Shown here one piece after another: positions 56,002-64,000 of a DNA stretch of 64,000 nt; the first letter of the stretch is position 1; each line of letters starts with the position of its first letter. Source of the DNA: Arenicellales bacterium (lineage in GTDB: Bacteria > Pseudomonadota > Gammaproteobacteria > Arenicellales > JAJDZL01); NCBI GenBank assembly GCA_965200425.1, contig CBDAUA010000001.1, forward strand, positions 304,812 to 368,811, read 5' to 3'. Position numbers and translations under genes: made by a program. Below the pieces are notes generated by a model that worked only from the letters and a program-made list of their open reading frames with translations, did not search any database and was not told the DNA's origin.

Positions 56002-56561
56002 TCGAGTTCCTCATGAATTTTTAAGAAATAGAATCTGAGTAGATTGTAAGATGTTGCGCAGAAATTCGCTAATTTAACTTAGATGTAGCCCAAGCCACCG
56101 GAACCCTTTTGACGTGCAGCTTCATTTCGAATTCAGTAACCACTTCCGTATGATAGGCTCCAAAACAATGAGCTCGGTCCTAGATTCGGTGATAAACGCA
56201 CATATTTTTAGCACAATTTGCAACATCGTAAAGCAGCCAACGAGTCTAACCGGCTGTGGAGCCTGAGAAACCGAAAGAGCTCTCAAAGTCAGTTGTTGGG
56301 TAAACGTTAAAGCGAAGCTCATCAAAAATCCACAAACAATTAATTTAACGAGAACTCGCACCAAAACAGGGAATTCAAACCTCTATAGATGAGAGCAGGA
56401 TTAGGCAAACGATATTTGGTTATATGATTACACCAAATACTGTTCAATAAGTCTAAATGACTTGAATTTTTGCTACAAAAGAGAATTTAAAACACATTAC
56501 ATTAAGTTGCTATATAGTTTATTTACTGATCGTTCTTCACAAATTTTAAGAGGAAAAAAGT

Positions 56562-57509
56562 ATGAAGAAAATTAGTATTGTTGCGTTGTTTGCTATGAGT
56601 CTCAGCATGTCAAATTTCGTCGCTGCAGCGGACGTTGTTATCGGTGTACCAAATTGGCCTTCAGTAAAAGCAACTGCTGACATATTGAAATATGTAATTG
56701 AAGAAAATTTAGGTTTGGAAGCAGAACTTCAAACAGCTACAAACCCAATTGTGTTTGAAGCTATGGATCAAGATAAGATGCATATCCATCCCGAAGTGTG
56801 GCTACCAAACCAGCAAAACTTGCACGATACCTATGTAACACAAAAGAAATCGGTGAAGATGAATCCACATGGAGTACCTTCCTTCACTGGGATTTGCGTA
56901 ACCAAAGATACAGCCGCTCGGACTGGCATAACTTCTTTGCATGAACTAGCAGATCCAGACATGGCAGAAAATTTTGACACCGATGGTGATGGCAGGGGCA
57001 ATATTTGGATCGGTGCACCGGGCTGGGCTTCGACAAATATTGAAATGATTCGAGCCAAGAGCTATGGTTTTGATGAAACAATGAACTTGGATGTGATTGA
57101 TGAATCAGTTGCTTTGGCGCAAGTGGACGCGGCAGTGGCGAAGAACGAGAATGTCGTTTTCATGTGCTATACCCCACATTCCATGTTTACATTATTTGAC
57201 TTAGTTCCTCTAGAAGAACCTGCCCATGATCCAGCAAAATGGGTGATCGTGCATCCAACTGACGACCCGGATTGGTTAGAAAAGTCGATGGCCCCCGTAG
57301 CCTGGAGTGTTCCTACGATTCACATCATGTTCAGCACTACACTTGAAGAGAGACATCCTGAAGTGACATCAATGCTGTTAAAAATCCAATTCACCGTGGA
57401 AGATCTATCCGACATGACTTATGCTGTGCTCGTCGATAAAAAGGATACCGCTGACTATGCCAAAGAGTGGGTGACTGCAAATTCTAGCATCGTAGATTCC
57501 TGGTTGTAG
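56562..57509 (+). CDS. proX: Glycine betaine-type ABC transporter substrate-binding protein (ProX/OpuAC-like), secreted
   Basis: It has a signal peptide (MKKISIVALFAMSLSMSNFVAAA). The GVPNWPSVKATA start of the mature domain is typical of the OpuAC family. It is divergent from the proVW-containing operon. Confidence 0.75.
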   Translation: MKKISIVALFAMSLSMSNFVAAADVVIGVPNWPSVKATADILKYVIEENLGLEAELQTATNPIVFEAMDQDKMHIHPEVWLPNQQNLHDTYVTQKKSVKMNPHGVPSFTGICVTKDTAARTGITSLHELADPDMAENFDTDGDGRGNIWIGAPGWASTNIEMIRAKSYGFDETMNLDVIDESVALAQVDAAVAKNENVVFMCYTPHSMFTLFDLVPLEEPAHDPAKWVIVHPTDDPDWLEKSMAPVAWSVPTIHIMFSTTLEERHPEVTSMLLKIQFTVEDLSDMTYAVLVDKKDTADYAKEWVTANSSIVDSWL

Positions 57510-57542
57510 GAACCACTTAACATATTCTGAAAACCATTGAAA

Positions 57543-57576
57543 ATAGGAGTGTATTAATACGCTCCTATTTGATTTG
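57543..57576 (+). terminator. Rho-independent terminator after proX
   Basis: The stem pairs ATAGGAGTG (57543..57551) with CGCTCCTAT (57560..57568), 9 bp including one G-U pair. The loop is TATTAATA, followed by TTGATTTG. Confidence 0.6.
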
Positions 57577-57685
57577 TAAAGCGGCAATTTTGTCTCACAA
57601 GTCAATGGATACTAGTGAATTTACGCACTTTTGTAAAATTCGCATGATCTAGAATAAATTTCTTTTGAGATTTATTCGAAATTAG

Positions 57686-57714
57686 CTTGAAACCTTGAAG
57701 ATAAATCTTATTAT
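57686..57714 (+). promoter_or_regulatory. Weak candidate sigma-32 (heat-shock) promoter for htpG
   Basis: CTTGAAA (57686..57692) matches the sigma-32 -35 consensus. The region 14 nt downstream (CTTATTAT) matches the -10 consensus only loosely. Confidence 0.25.
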
Positions 57715-57766
57715 TGATTACCAATCAAACTAATGCCTATTGGAATAATAAATCTGGAGCTACTCA

Positions 57767-59671
57767 ATGTCAGAAAAAGAGCTTAACGAGAAAGTCTCTT
57801 TCAAAGCTGAGATACAACAGTTACTGAATCTTGTCATTCATTCTCTGTACTCAGAGAGAGAAATCTTTTTGAGGGAACTAATTTCCAACGCGTCTGATGC
57901 ATGCGGAAGACTGCGATTTGAATCAATTCTTAACCCCGATATGAGGGAAGGTGAATTTAGCCCATCCATCGATATCGAAGTCAATGAAGCAGCTAAAATC
58001 ATAAAGATAAGTGATAACGGTATCGGTATGACTCGCGAAGAGGTTGTAGAAAACATCGGTACTATCGCTCGATCAGGCACAAAAGAATTTGTCGAATCAC
58101 TGTCCGGAGACGAGTCAGTTGACTCGCGCTTGATTGGTCAATTCGGAGTTGGTTTTTATTCCGCATTTATGGTTGCTGAACAGGTGAAAATTTTGACTAG
58201 AGCCGCTGGCCAAGCACCTGACAGTGGAATTCTTTGGGTATCCGATGGCGTGAGTGGATACAACTTATCAGGAGCCACCGTAGACCAGCACGGTACTACA
58301 ATTACTCTCAAGTTGAGAGAGGATGCAGAGGATTTCCTGAATGTAGATACCGTGAAACAAGTGATAAAAAAGTATTCCAATCACATTTCGATTCCAATTC
58401 GTTTGCAAGTTGAATCGGAAGAAGAATCGGGCATTGAATGGGAAACGCTCAATTCTGCTTCAGCGTTGTGGATGCGTAACAAAAACGAGATTACCGATGA
58501 AGAATACAACGATTTCTACCAATCTCTCTCCTTTGACTCAGATGAGCCCCTATTGCGGTTGCACAATCGAGTTGAGGGAAATCTTGAGTACGTAACACTG
58601 TTGTACATTCCATCCAAAGCACCATTTGACCTTTGGGATGTCCGTCGACGAAAGGGGATCAAACTCTATGTGCGGCGCATCTTCATCATGGATGACTCCG
58701 AAAACCTAATGCCAGGTTATCTGCGCTTCGTAAAGGGCGTCATTGATTCTGATGACTTGCCTCTAAATGTTTCTCGTGAATTTTTACAGAAGAACAATCA
58801 AGTCAATAGAATTCGCTCCGGTTCCGCACGAAAATTGCTAGGTGAACTAAGCAAACTCGCTAAAAATGATGCGGACAAGTATCAAACCTTTTGGGATGAA
58901 TTTGGAAAAACATTCAAAGAAGGTATGACAGAAGATCACGACAATAGTAAAAAAATTGCTGAATTACTCCGGTTTTCTACATCACAGAGCGAAGGATCGC
59001 AACAGACCGTCTCGCTTCAACAATATGTGGATGGTATGCAAGAGAAGCAAGAATCCATCTACTATATTACAGCGGATACTTATAAATCAGCGAAAGGCTC
59101 ACCTCATCTTGAGGTTTTCGACAAACATGGTATTGAAGTTCTGCTCCTAAGTGATCCTATTGATGAGTGGGTCCTCATGCATCTTCATGAGTTCGGTGGG
59201 AAACACCTTAAATCAATTGCAAAAGGAGATCTAAATCTTGATTGGTTGGAAGGGGACCAAACGGAAGAACTAACTGACTCGACGGTTGATTCATTGTTGG
59301 ACAAGCTGAAATCCTCATTGGTGGATCGAGCGAACGATGTTCGAACAACCAATCGATTGACTGACTCCCCGGCGTGTTTGGTAGTCAATGAATTTGGTAT
59401 GAGCCGAAATATGTCTAGAATTTTAGAATCGACCGGGCAAAAAGGACCTGCCGATATGAAACCTATATTAGAGGTTAACCCGGATCATCCCCTGATTCAG
59501 CACATGGTCAAAACCGATGACAATTTAGATGACTGGGCACATGTTTTGTTTGACCAAGCAATTCTGAGTGAGGGTGCACCTTTGGAGAAACCGGCGGATT
59601 ATGTTCGACGAATTAATTTGCTACTCACCGATACCTTTAGCGAACAAAGCCCCATCATTATTGCACCTTAA
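57767..59671 (+). CDS. htpG: Molecular chaperone HtpG (Hsp90)
   Basis: The ORF is 634 aa. It has the N-terminal GHKL ATPase signature (LIHSLYSEREIFLRELISNASDA, GQFGVGFYSAF). Confidence 0.95.
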   Translation: MSEKELNEKVSFKAEIQQLLNLVIHSLYSEREIFLRELISNASDACGRLRFESILNPDMREGEFSPSIDIEVNEAAKIIKISDNGIGMTREEVVENIGTIARSGTKEFVESLSGDESVDSRLIGQFGVGFYSAFMVAEQVKILTRAAGQAPDSGILWVSDGVSGYNLSGATVDQHGTTITLKLREDAEDFLNVDTVKQVIKKYSNHISIPIRLQVESEEESGIEWETLNSASALWMRNKNEITDEEYNDFYQSLSFDSDEPLLRLHNRVEGNLEYVTLLYIPSKAPFDLWDVRRRKGIKLYVRRIFIMDDSENLMPGYLRFVKGVIDSDDLPLNVSREFLQKNNQVNRIRSGSARKLLGELSKLAKNDADKYQTFWDEFGKTFKEGMTEDHDNSKKIAELLRFSTSQSEGSQQTVSLQQYVDGMQEKQESIYYITADTYKSAKGSPHLEVFDKHGIEVLLLSDPIDEWVLMHLHEFGGKHLKSIAKGDLNLDWLEGDQTEELTDSTVDSLLDKLKSSLVDRANDVRTTNRLTDSPACLVVNEFGMSRNMSRILESTGQKGPADMKPILEVNPDHPLIQHMVKTDDNLDDWAHVLFDQAILSEGAPLEKPADYVRRINLLLTDTFSEQSPIIIAP

Positions 59672-59769
59672 TCTGTTTGAACATTCTGACTTGTACATTG
59701 ATCAACTATAGTCTTTATAATTTTGTGACACTGTCGGGACTGTCAGATATGCACCCCTGACAAGTTAAT

Positions 59770-59846
<77 letters not shown>

Positions 59847-59859
59847 TTAAATTAAATAT

Positions 59860-60170
59860 GCGCCTGTAGCTCAATTGGATAGAGCAACGGCCTTCAAATA
59901 GGAGCCTTTACAGGGAAGTAGGGAACTTGTAAAGTGAAGGGCACTGTATCGGTGAAACCTTAACTCGTAGCGGAGATGGCAATACCGAGGAAACCAAGTG
60001 AATTATTCATTTGGGATCCGTAGAGGCTATACGTGTCCCACCTGAGATGGTGAAGATATAGTCCAGACTACAAACTGGCAGAGCATACAAAACCAGTTTC
60101 TCGACCAGGCAATGAAAATTGTAGTAGTAAGCTAAGCCGTAGGTTACAGGTTCGAGTCCTGTCAGGCGTG
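59860..60170 (+). tRNA. tRNA-Arg (anticodon UCU) interrupted in the anticodon by a 237-nt group I intron
   Basis: Exon 1 (59860..59894, GCGCCTGTAGCTCAATTGGATAGAGCAACGGCCTT) plus exon 2 (60132..60170, CTAAGCCGTAGGTTACAGGTTCGAGTCCTGTCAGGCGTG) fold into a 74-nt cloverleaf. The anticodon stem is ACGGC/GCCGT, the loop CTTCTAA and the T-arm ACAGG-TTCGAGT-CCTGT. The result is colinear with E. coli argU. Confidence 0.85.
59895..60131 (+). ncRNA. Group I intron (IC3-like, tRNA-type), no internal ORF
   Basis: It follows a U and ends in G. It carries core-like blocks: AAATAGGAGCCTTTAC near the 5' end, GGTGAAACCTTAA, ATGGCAATACCGAGGAAACCAAG and GAAGATATAGTCCAGACTAC. From memory, these parallel the Azoarcus tRNA-Ile, cyanobacterial tRNA-Leu and Tetrahymena intron cores. 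Confidence 0.8.
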
Positions 60171-60224
60171 CTCAATTGAATTCAGCTCAATTGGTATAGT
60201 AATATATAAACGCAAACGAGTCAT

Positions 60225-60301
60225 GGTGGGCGTAGCTCAACTGGTAGAGCCCTGGATTGTGGTTCCAGTGGTTGTGGGTTCAAGACCCATCGTCCACCCC
60301 A
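60225..60301 (+). tRNA. tRNA-His (anticodon GUG) with the extra 5' G(-1), CCA encoded
   Basis: GGTGGGCGTAGCTCAACTGGTAGAGCCCTGGATTGTGGTTCCAGTGGTTGTGGGTTCAAGACCCATCGTCCACCCCA. The anticodon stem is CTGGA/TCCAG and the loop TTGTGGT. G(-1) pairs with C73. Confidence 0.9.
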
Positions 60302-60339
60302 TTGCTTTCTTCATATCTATAGCTCGCTTCAGCTAAACG

Positions 60340-61302
60340 ATGCGACTACCAACACTCAAAGAAATTCAATCGGCTGCCACGATCATCAGTGAACATATGC
60401 AACCGAGTCCACAATACAGGTGGCCTTTGCTTTGTGAGCGTTGTGAAACTGACGTTTGGGTTAAACATGAAAACATGACTCCGATCGGCTCGTTCAAAGT
60501 GCGAGGTGGAATTTACTACCTGTCTCAAATTCCTGCCTCTGATGTAATAACGGCAACACGAGGAAATCACGGCCAATCCGTGGCCTTTGCAACTCGAATT
60601 CGTGGGAAAAAGACCACAGTAGTCGTGCCTCACAACAATAGCAAGTCAAAAAATGCATCGATGCGTGCGCTGGGTGCGGAAATTATTGAACATGGTCAAG
60701 ATTTTTCCGAAGCTCACGAGTATGCGCACCAAAGAGCCAAAGAGCAGGGCTTGCATTTTGTTCCTTCTTTCGACAGAAAGCTCGTGGTCGGCGTCGCAAC
60801 TATGGGATTGGAATTATTTCAAGCGGTGTCACAATTGGACGCAGTCTACATTCCGATCGGTTTAGGCTCCGAAATTTGTGCTGTGATTGCAGTTCGTGAA
60901 GCATTGGGCTTAAAGACAGAAATAATTGGTGTCGTTGCTGAAAATGCGCCCGCTTATTTTTTGTCGTTTAATTTGCGTCGAGTCGTAACAACATCGTCTG
61001 CGAATACACTCGCTGATGGTATTGCCGTTCGAATTCCAAATGCCGAATCTCTTGACATTATTCTTCAACATGTTTCTCGTGTCGTTAAAGTCTCCGACTC
61101 GGAGATTACAGGCGCAGTTCATGGTTATTTTGACGACACACATCAATTAATTGAAGGCGCAGGTGCTGCGAGCTTGGCTGCATTACTAAAAGAGAAGGAA
61201 CGCATGAAAGGTAAACGAGTCGCGGTAATCGCTTCCGGCGGTAACATCGACAAGGAATTATTTCGACGGATTATGGCCTCTGACGACAAACTTTCCGCGT
61301 GA
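60340..61302 (+). CDS. PLP-dependent serine/threonine dehydratase (threonine ammonia-lyase, short form without a regulatory domain)
   Basis: It has the PLP-lysine motif (PIGSFKVRGG) and a glycine-rich loop (ASGGNI). The ORF is 320 aa. Confidence 0.8.
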   Translation: MRLPTLKEIQSAATIISEHMQPSPQYRWPLLCERCETDVWVKHENMTPIGSFKVRGGIYYLSQIPASDVITATRGNHGQSVAFATRIRGKKTTVVVPHNNSKSKNASMRALGAEIIEHGQDFSEAHEYAHQRAKEQGLHFVPSFDRKLVVGVATMGLELFQAVSQLDAVYIPIGLGSEICAVIAVREALGLKTEIIGVVAENAPAYFLSFNLRRVVTTSSANTLADGIAVRIPNAESLDIILQHVSRVVKVSDSEITGAVHGYFDDTHQLIEGAGAASLAALLKEKERMKGKRVAVIASGGNIDKELFRRIMASDDKLSA

Positions 61303-61334
61303 GCTGTTCACTGTCTTGTCAGTAGTCATTTTCG

Positions 61335-62885
61335 ATGGCTTATCCTTCTCGCCGAAAACGTCGCAAACGCCAAGCTAATTCCATTGAAACCCTTAAATGG
61401 CGTAAGGTCGTCAATCCTTACCCACCGTTTAACATTCTTTCTGACGACCAAGTCGAAGAAGTCCATCGAGCTTCTTTAACTGTTCTGCGCGATTTCGGGA
61501 TTAAATTTCTGAGTCCAATCGCCCGTAATGTCTTTATCGATGCAGGTGCAGAAGTCGACCATGATTCCGAAATGGTACGGTTCGATCCTGCTCAAATCGA
61601 GGAATTAATCGCTTTACCACCATCAAAATTCAAGCTGGCGGCGAGGAATCCACTCCGGTCAACCGAGTTCGGCGGAAACACTTTAAACTTTGCGACTGTA
61701 GGAGGCCCTGCATTTGTTTCGGATCTCGATAAAGGGCGAAGAGCGGGAACGATGCAAGATCTGGAGAATTTTTTTAAGGTTACCAGTCAACTTGAAATCT
61801 TTCACCTATGCGGCGCCTCGCCCTTCGAACCTCAAGACCTGCCGGCAGAATCTCGTCATCTCGACAAATACTTTGCTGCGATTACCCACCATGATCGCAT
61901 TTGGATGACAAGTATGCTAGGGGCGTACCGGGCTAGAGACGGAATCGAAATGCTCAAGATCGTACATCGGCTAAGTGACGATGAAATCAATTCTCGACCG
62001 TTGACTATCGGTAATATCAATGTCAATTCACCACGCCAGGTTGATCAAGCCATGTCAGATGCAGCCATCGAATTTGCTCGATTTAGTCAACCGGTTTTGG
62101 TAACACCCTTTACATTGCTAGGTGCGATGGCGCCAACAACAATGGCGGGGTCATTGGTTCAACAGAATGCCGAGGCATTGGCTTGTATTGCCTTAACGCA
62201 GATTGTACGACCCGGTACACCTGTAATGTACGGTAGTTTTTCAAGCAACGTCGATATGAAACTAGGCGCACCTGCATTTGGGACTCCTGAATATGTCCGT
62301 ACGACCTTGGCCAGTGGGCAGCTAGCACGCCGATATCGACTTCCGTATCGCTCTAGTAATACGAATGCTTCGAACGCACCGGATGGGCAGTCTACTTACG
62401 AAAGCTGTATGTCAGTTTGGGCAGCGACTTTAGCACACACAAATCTGTTGCTACATGGAGGTGGATGGTTGGAAGGTGGTCTCGTCGCATCGTTCGAAAA
62501 GCTGATCATCGATGCAGAAATTTTACAGATCATGACCAAATCGCTAGAACCGATTCCTGTCAACAAAGACACTCTTGCAGTTGATGCAATCGCAGACATT
62601 CCGCCTGGTGGACATTTTTTCGGCTCGCCTCATACGATGGAGCGGTATAAAGATGTGTTTTATAAACCTCTACTTTCAGATTGGCGAAATTTTGAAACCT
62701 GGTTCGCAGATGGCGCCGAACATTCCTTTCAAAGAGCAAATCGAATCTGGAAGACTCTACTGCGTCGATATTCGAAACCAGAAATCGATCTGGATACTCT
62801 AGAAGAACTAAGAGCATTCATTGTTCGACGGAAACATGAAATCGAAAACGGTCATGAATGTGCGGTTCTTGATGGAACAAATTGA
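61335..62885 (+). CDS. MttB-family methyltransferase (non-pyrrolysine type; glycine betaine / quaternary amine : corrinoid methyltransferase-like)
   Basis: The 516-aa ORF is uninterrupted, with no in-frame TAG. It matches the MttB superfamily over its full length by recall and is paralogous to the partial gene at 1..465. Confidence 0.8.
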   Translation: MAYPSRRKRRKRQANSIETLKWRKVVNPYPPFNILSDDQVEEVHRASLTVLRDFGIKFLSPIARNVFIDAGAEVDHDSEMVRFDPAQIEELIALPPSKFKLAARNPLRSTEFGGNTLNFATVGGPAFVSDLDKGRRAGTMQDLENFFKVTSQLEIFHLCGASPFEPQDLPAESRHLDKYFAAITHHDRIWMTSMLGAYRARDGIEMLKIVHRLSDDEINSRPLTIGNINVNSPRQVDQAMSDAAIEFARFSQPVLVTPFTLLGAMAPTTMAGSLVQQNAEALACIALTQIVRPGTPVMYGSFSSNVDMKLGAPAFGTPEYVRTTLASGQLARRYRLPYRSSNTNASNAPDGQSTYESCMSVWAATLAHTNLLLHGGGWLEGGLVASFEKLIIDAEILQIMTKSLEPIPVNKDTLAVDAIADIPPGGHFFGSPHTMERYKDVFYKPLLSDWRNFETWFADGAEHSFQRANRIWKTLLRRYSKPEIDLDTLEELRAFIVRRKHEIENGHECAVLDGTN

Positions 62886-62913
62886 GCAGATCTCTTGTTT
62901 GAGTAGCCTACAG

Positions 62914-63933
62914 CTAACCGCGGTTTCCTGAGCCTTGAGCAATTAAATCAATCCAATTCCTAAACAAAATCTTTCCAGCATTACCCCAAGTATTTTCAAT
63001 ATAGGGAAGCACTTCCTTTTCCGGAAATGTTGGTAATGTTTCACCTTGCTTTACGGCGTTTAGTAGAGCAATACGATAGCGATTCAAAATACCTTTCGCA
63101 ATATCAGAAAGGTAATATTTCGGGTACTCTGGATATTCGTTGCGCGTGCCTGCAATGAATCTTCGAATTTCTCGATTGTATTCTTTCAACAAACTAAAGC
63201 TATCGTACTCTGGGTGACCTTGTAAATAAATCCACTTAAATCCATTTGAGCTGACTGCGATGTGAAAATCTGCTTCTCGACTACTCGCGAGTACTTTCGC
63301 TCCACAATGTTCGAGTTGTTCGGTAGTCACTTCGAATACATGTGAACGAGGCGCATCAAACTGCGTATCAATTCCTGCAACCAAAGGATGCTCAAACTGA
63401 GTAATGTCGTGCACATATACACCCCATCGTTTACTCGGATTACATCGCGTGCGTCGAATGCCATGTAAAACATCTAGGATCGCGTGAGAAGCAAGGCAGG
63501 AACACATCACCGATGGTACATCTGACTGTGCCCAGTGGATGACTTGCTCGAAGTAAGGCCAAAAACTTTCATCTTGTAGATCCGACTTTCCAGGATTTGC
63601 ACCTGTTAACAACAAGCCATCCAAATGCCTAACTCTAGCTTTTTCGAAAGAATCATAAAACTCTTCAACGTAAGCCAATGCAGGATCTTCACGTTGAAGC
63701 CCATTCACGGTAAATGGATGGATGTAGATCAGGTACTCATCTGAGGCGGCGGCGATTAGTCTTAAGAACTGCCTTTCCGTTGCTAGAAGAGCCCGGTCTG
63801 GCATCATGTTCAAAAAACCTATGTGAATTTCTCGACCTTGTGGATTTTCAACACAGTTTGCATCGACAACTTCTATACCTTCATTGGCCAACCGATCCCA
63901 AGAGTGAAGTTCTCTATGTCGCACAAATGGCAT
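62914..63933 (-). CDS. metA: Homoserine O-acyltransferase, MetA family
   Basis: The ORF is 339 aa. The region IHIGFLNMMPDRALLATERQFLRLI parallels the MetA LNLMP...TE.QF.RLL block. The catalytic Cys region is SVMCSCLASHA. Confidence 0.8.
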   Translation of the reverse strand: MPFVRHRELHSWDRLANEGIEVVDANCVENPQGREIHIGFLNMMPDRALLATERQFLRLIAAASDEYLIYIHPFTVNGLQREDPALAYVEEFYDSFEKARVRHLDGLLLTGANPGKSDLQDESFWPYFEQVIHWAQSDVPSVMCSCLASHAILDVLHGIRRTRCNPSKRWGVYVHDITQFEHPLVAGIDTQFDAPRSHVFEVTTEQLEHCGAKVLASSREADFHIAVSSNGFKWIYLQGHPEYDSFSLLKEYNREIRRFIAGTRNEYPEYPKYYLSDIAKGILNRYRIALLNAVKQGETLPTFPEKEVLPYIENTWGNAGKILFRNWIDLIAQGSGNRG

Positions 63934-64000
63934 TGACTTGTACTAGGCCTTAGATCAACGGTTTGATAGTCCCGAACAGATCAGCTCAACAACATCCTTT

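Noticed and set aside
56122-56364. An 80-aa hydrophobic ORF in the ALDH/proX divergent intergenic region
   Set aside because: It has no start context or motif, and it lies where divergent promoters are expected. It is treated as non-coding.
60171-60224. CAGCTCAATTGGTATAG between tRNA-Arg and tRNA-His, which resembles a tRNA D-arm
   Set aside because: No complete cloverleaf can be built around it. It is probably a fragment or a chance similarity.
61335-62885. Possible pyrrolysine (in-frame TAG) recoding in the MttB-family genes
   Set aside because: The ORF is continuous, with no internal TAG. This is consistent with the non-Pyl bacterial MttB subgroup.

Overview
This 64-kb bacterial chromosomal window has low-to-moderate G+C. 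Its gene content and tRNA sequences look like a marine heterotrophic proteobacterium, probably a gammaproteobacterium, but that is an inference. Most of the window is ordinary metabolism. At the left edge are methylated-amine genes (a partial MttB-family gene, a DgcA/StcD-like flavoprotein and a DAO-family oxidase). From about 5.9 to 22.0 kb there is a minus-strand purine-catabolism and nucleoside-uptake block (guaD, a BMP-type ABC transporter, xdhABC, uraH, puuD). From about 45.6 to 57.5 kb there is a long minus-strand catabolic operon with ProVW and a divergent proX. These are followed by htpG, a tRNA cluster, a threonine dehydratase, a second MttB-family gene and metA. Three regions are accessory or unusual. 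(1) At 22.0-37.5 kb lies a ~15-kb island with five head-to-tail, intact but diverged paralogs of a ~697-aa GmrSD-like (DUF262 + DUF1524) predicted modification-dependent nuclease. Copies 1-4 each have a conserved palindrome upstream. The island ends with an A+T-rich type II R-M pair and a decayed IS1595-type transposase, inserted at a site that survives uninterrupted in a paralogous copy inside the array. (2) At 39.9-44.2 kb there is a 2.18-kb tandem duplication (small membrane protein, TauD-like dioxygenase, pdxJ). In one unit pdxJ has decayed and the dioxygenase core is replaced by a 0.78-kb inverted-repeat-bounded cassette encoding a HEPN-like protein. (3) At 59.86-60.17 kb a tRNA-Arg(UCU) gene is split in its anticodon by a 237-nt group I intron. 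All protein family calls rest on motif recognition by eye and recall, not on database searches.
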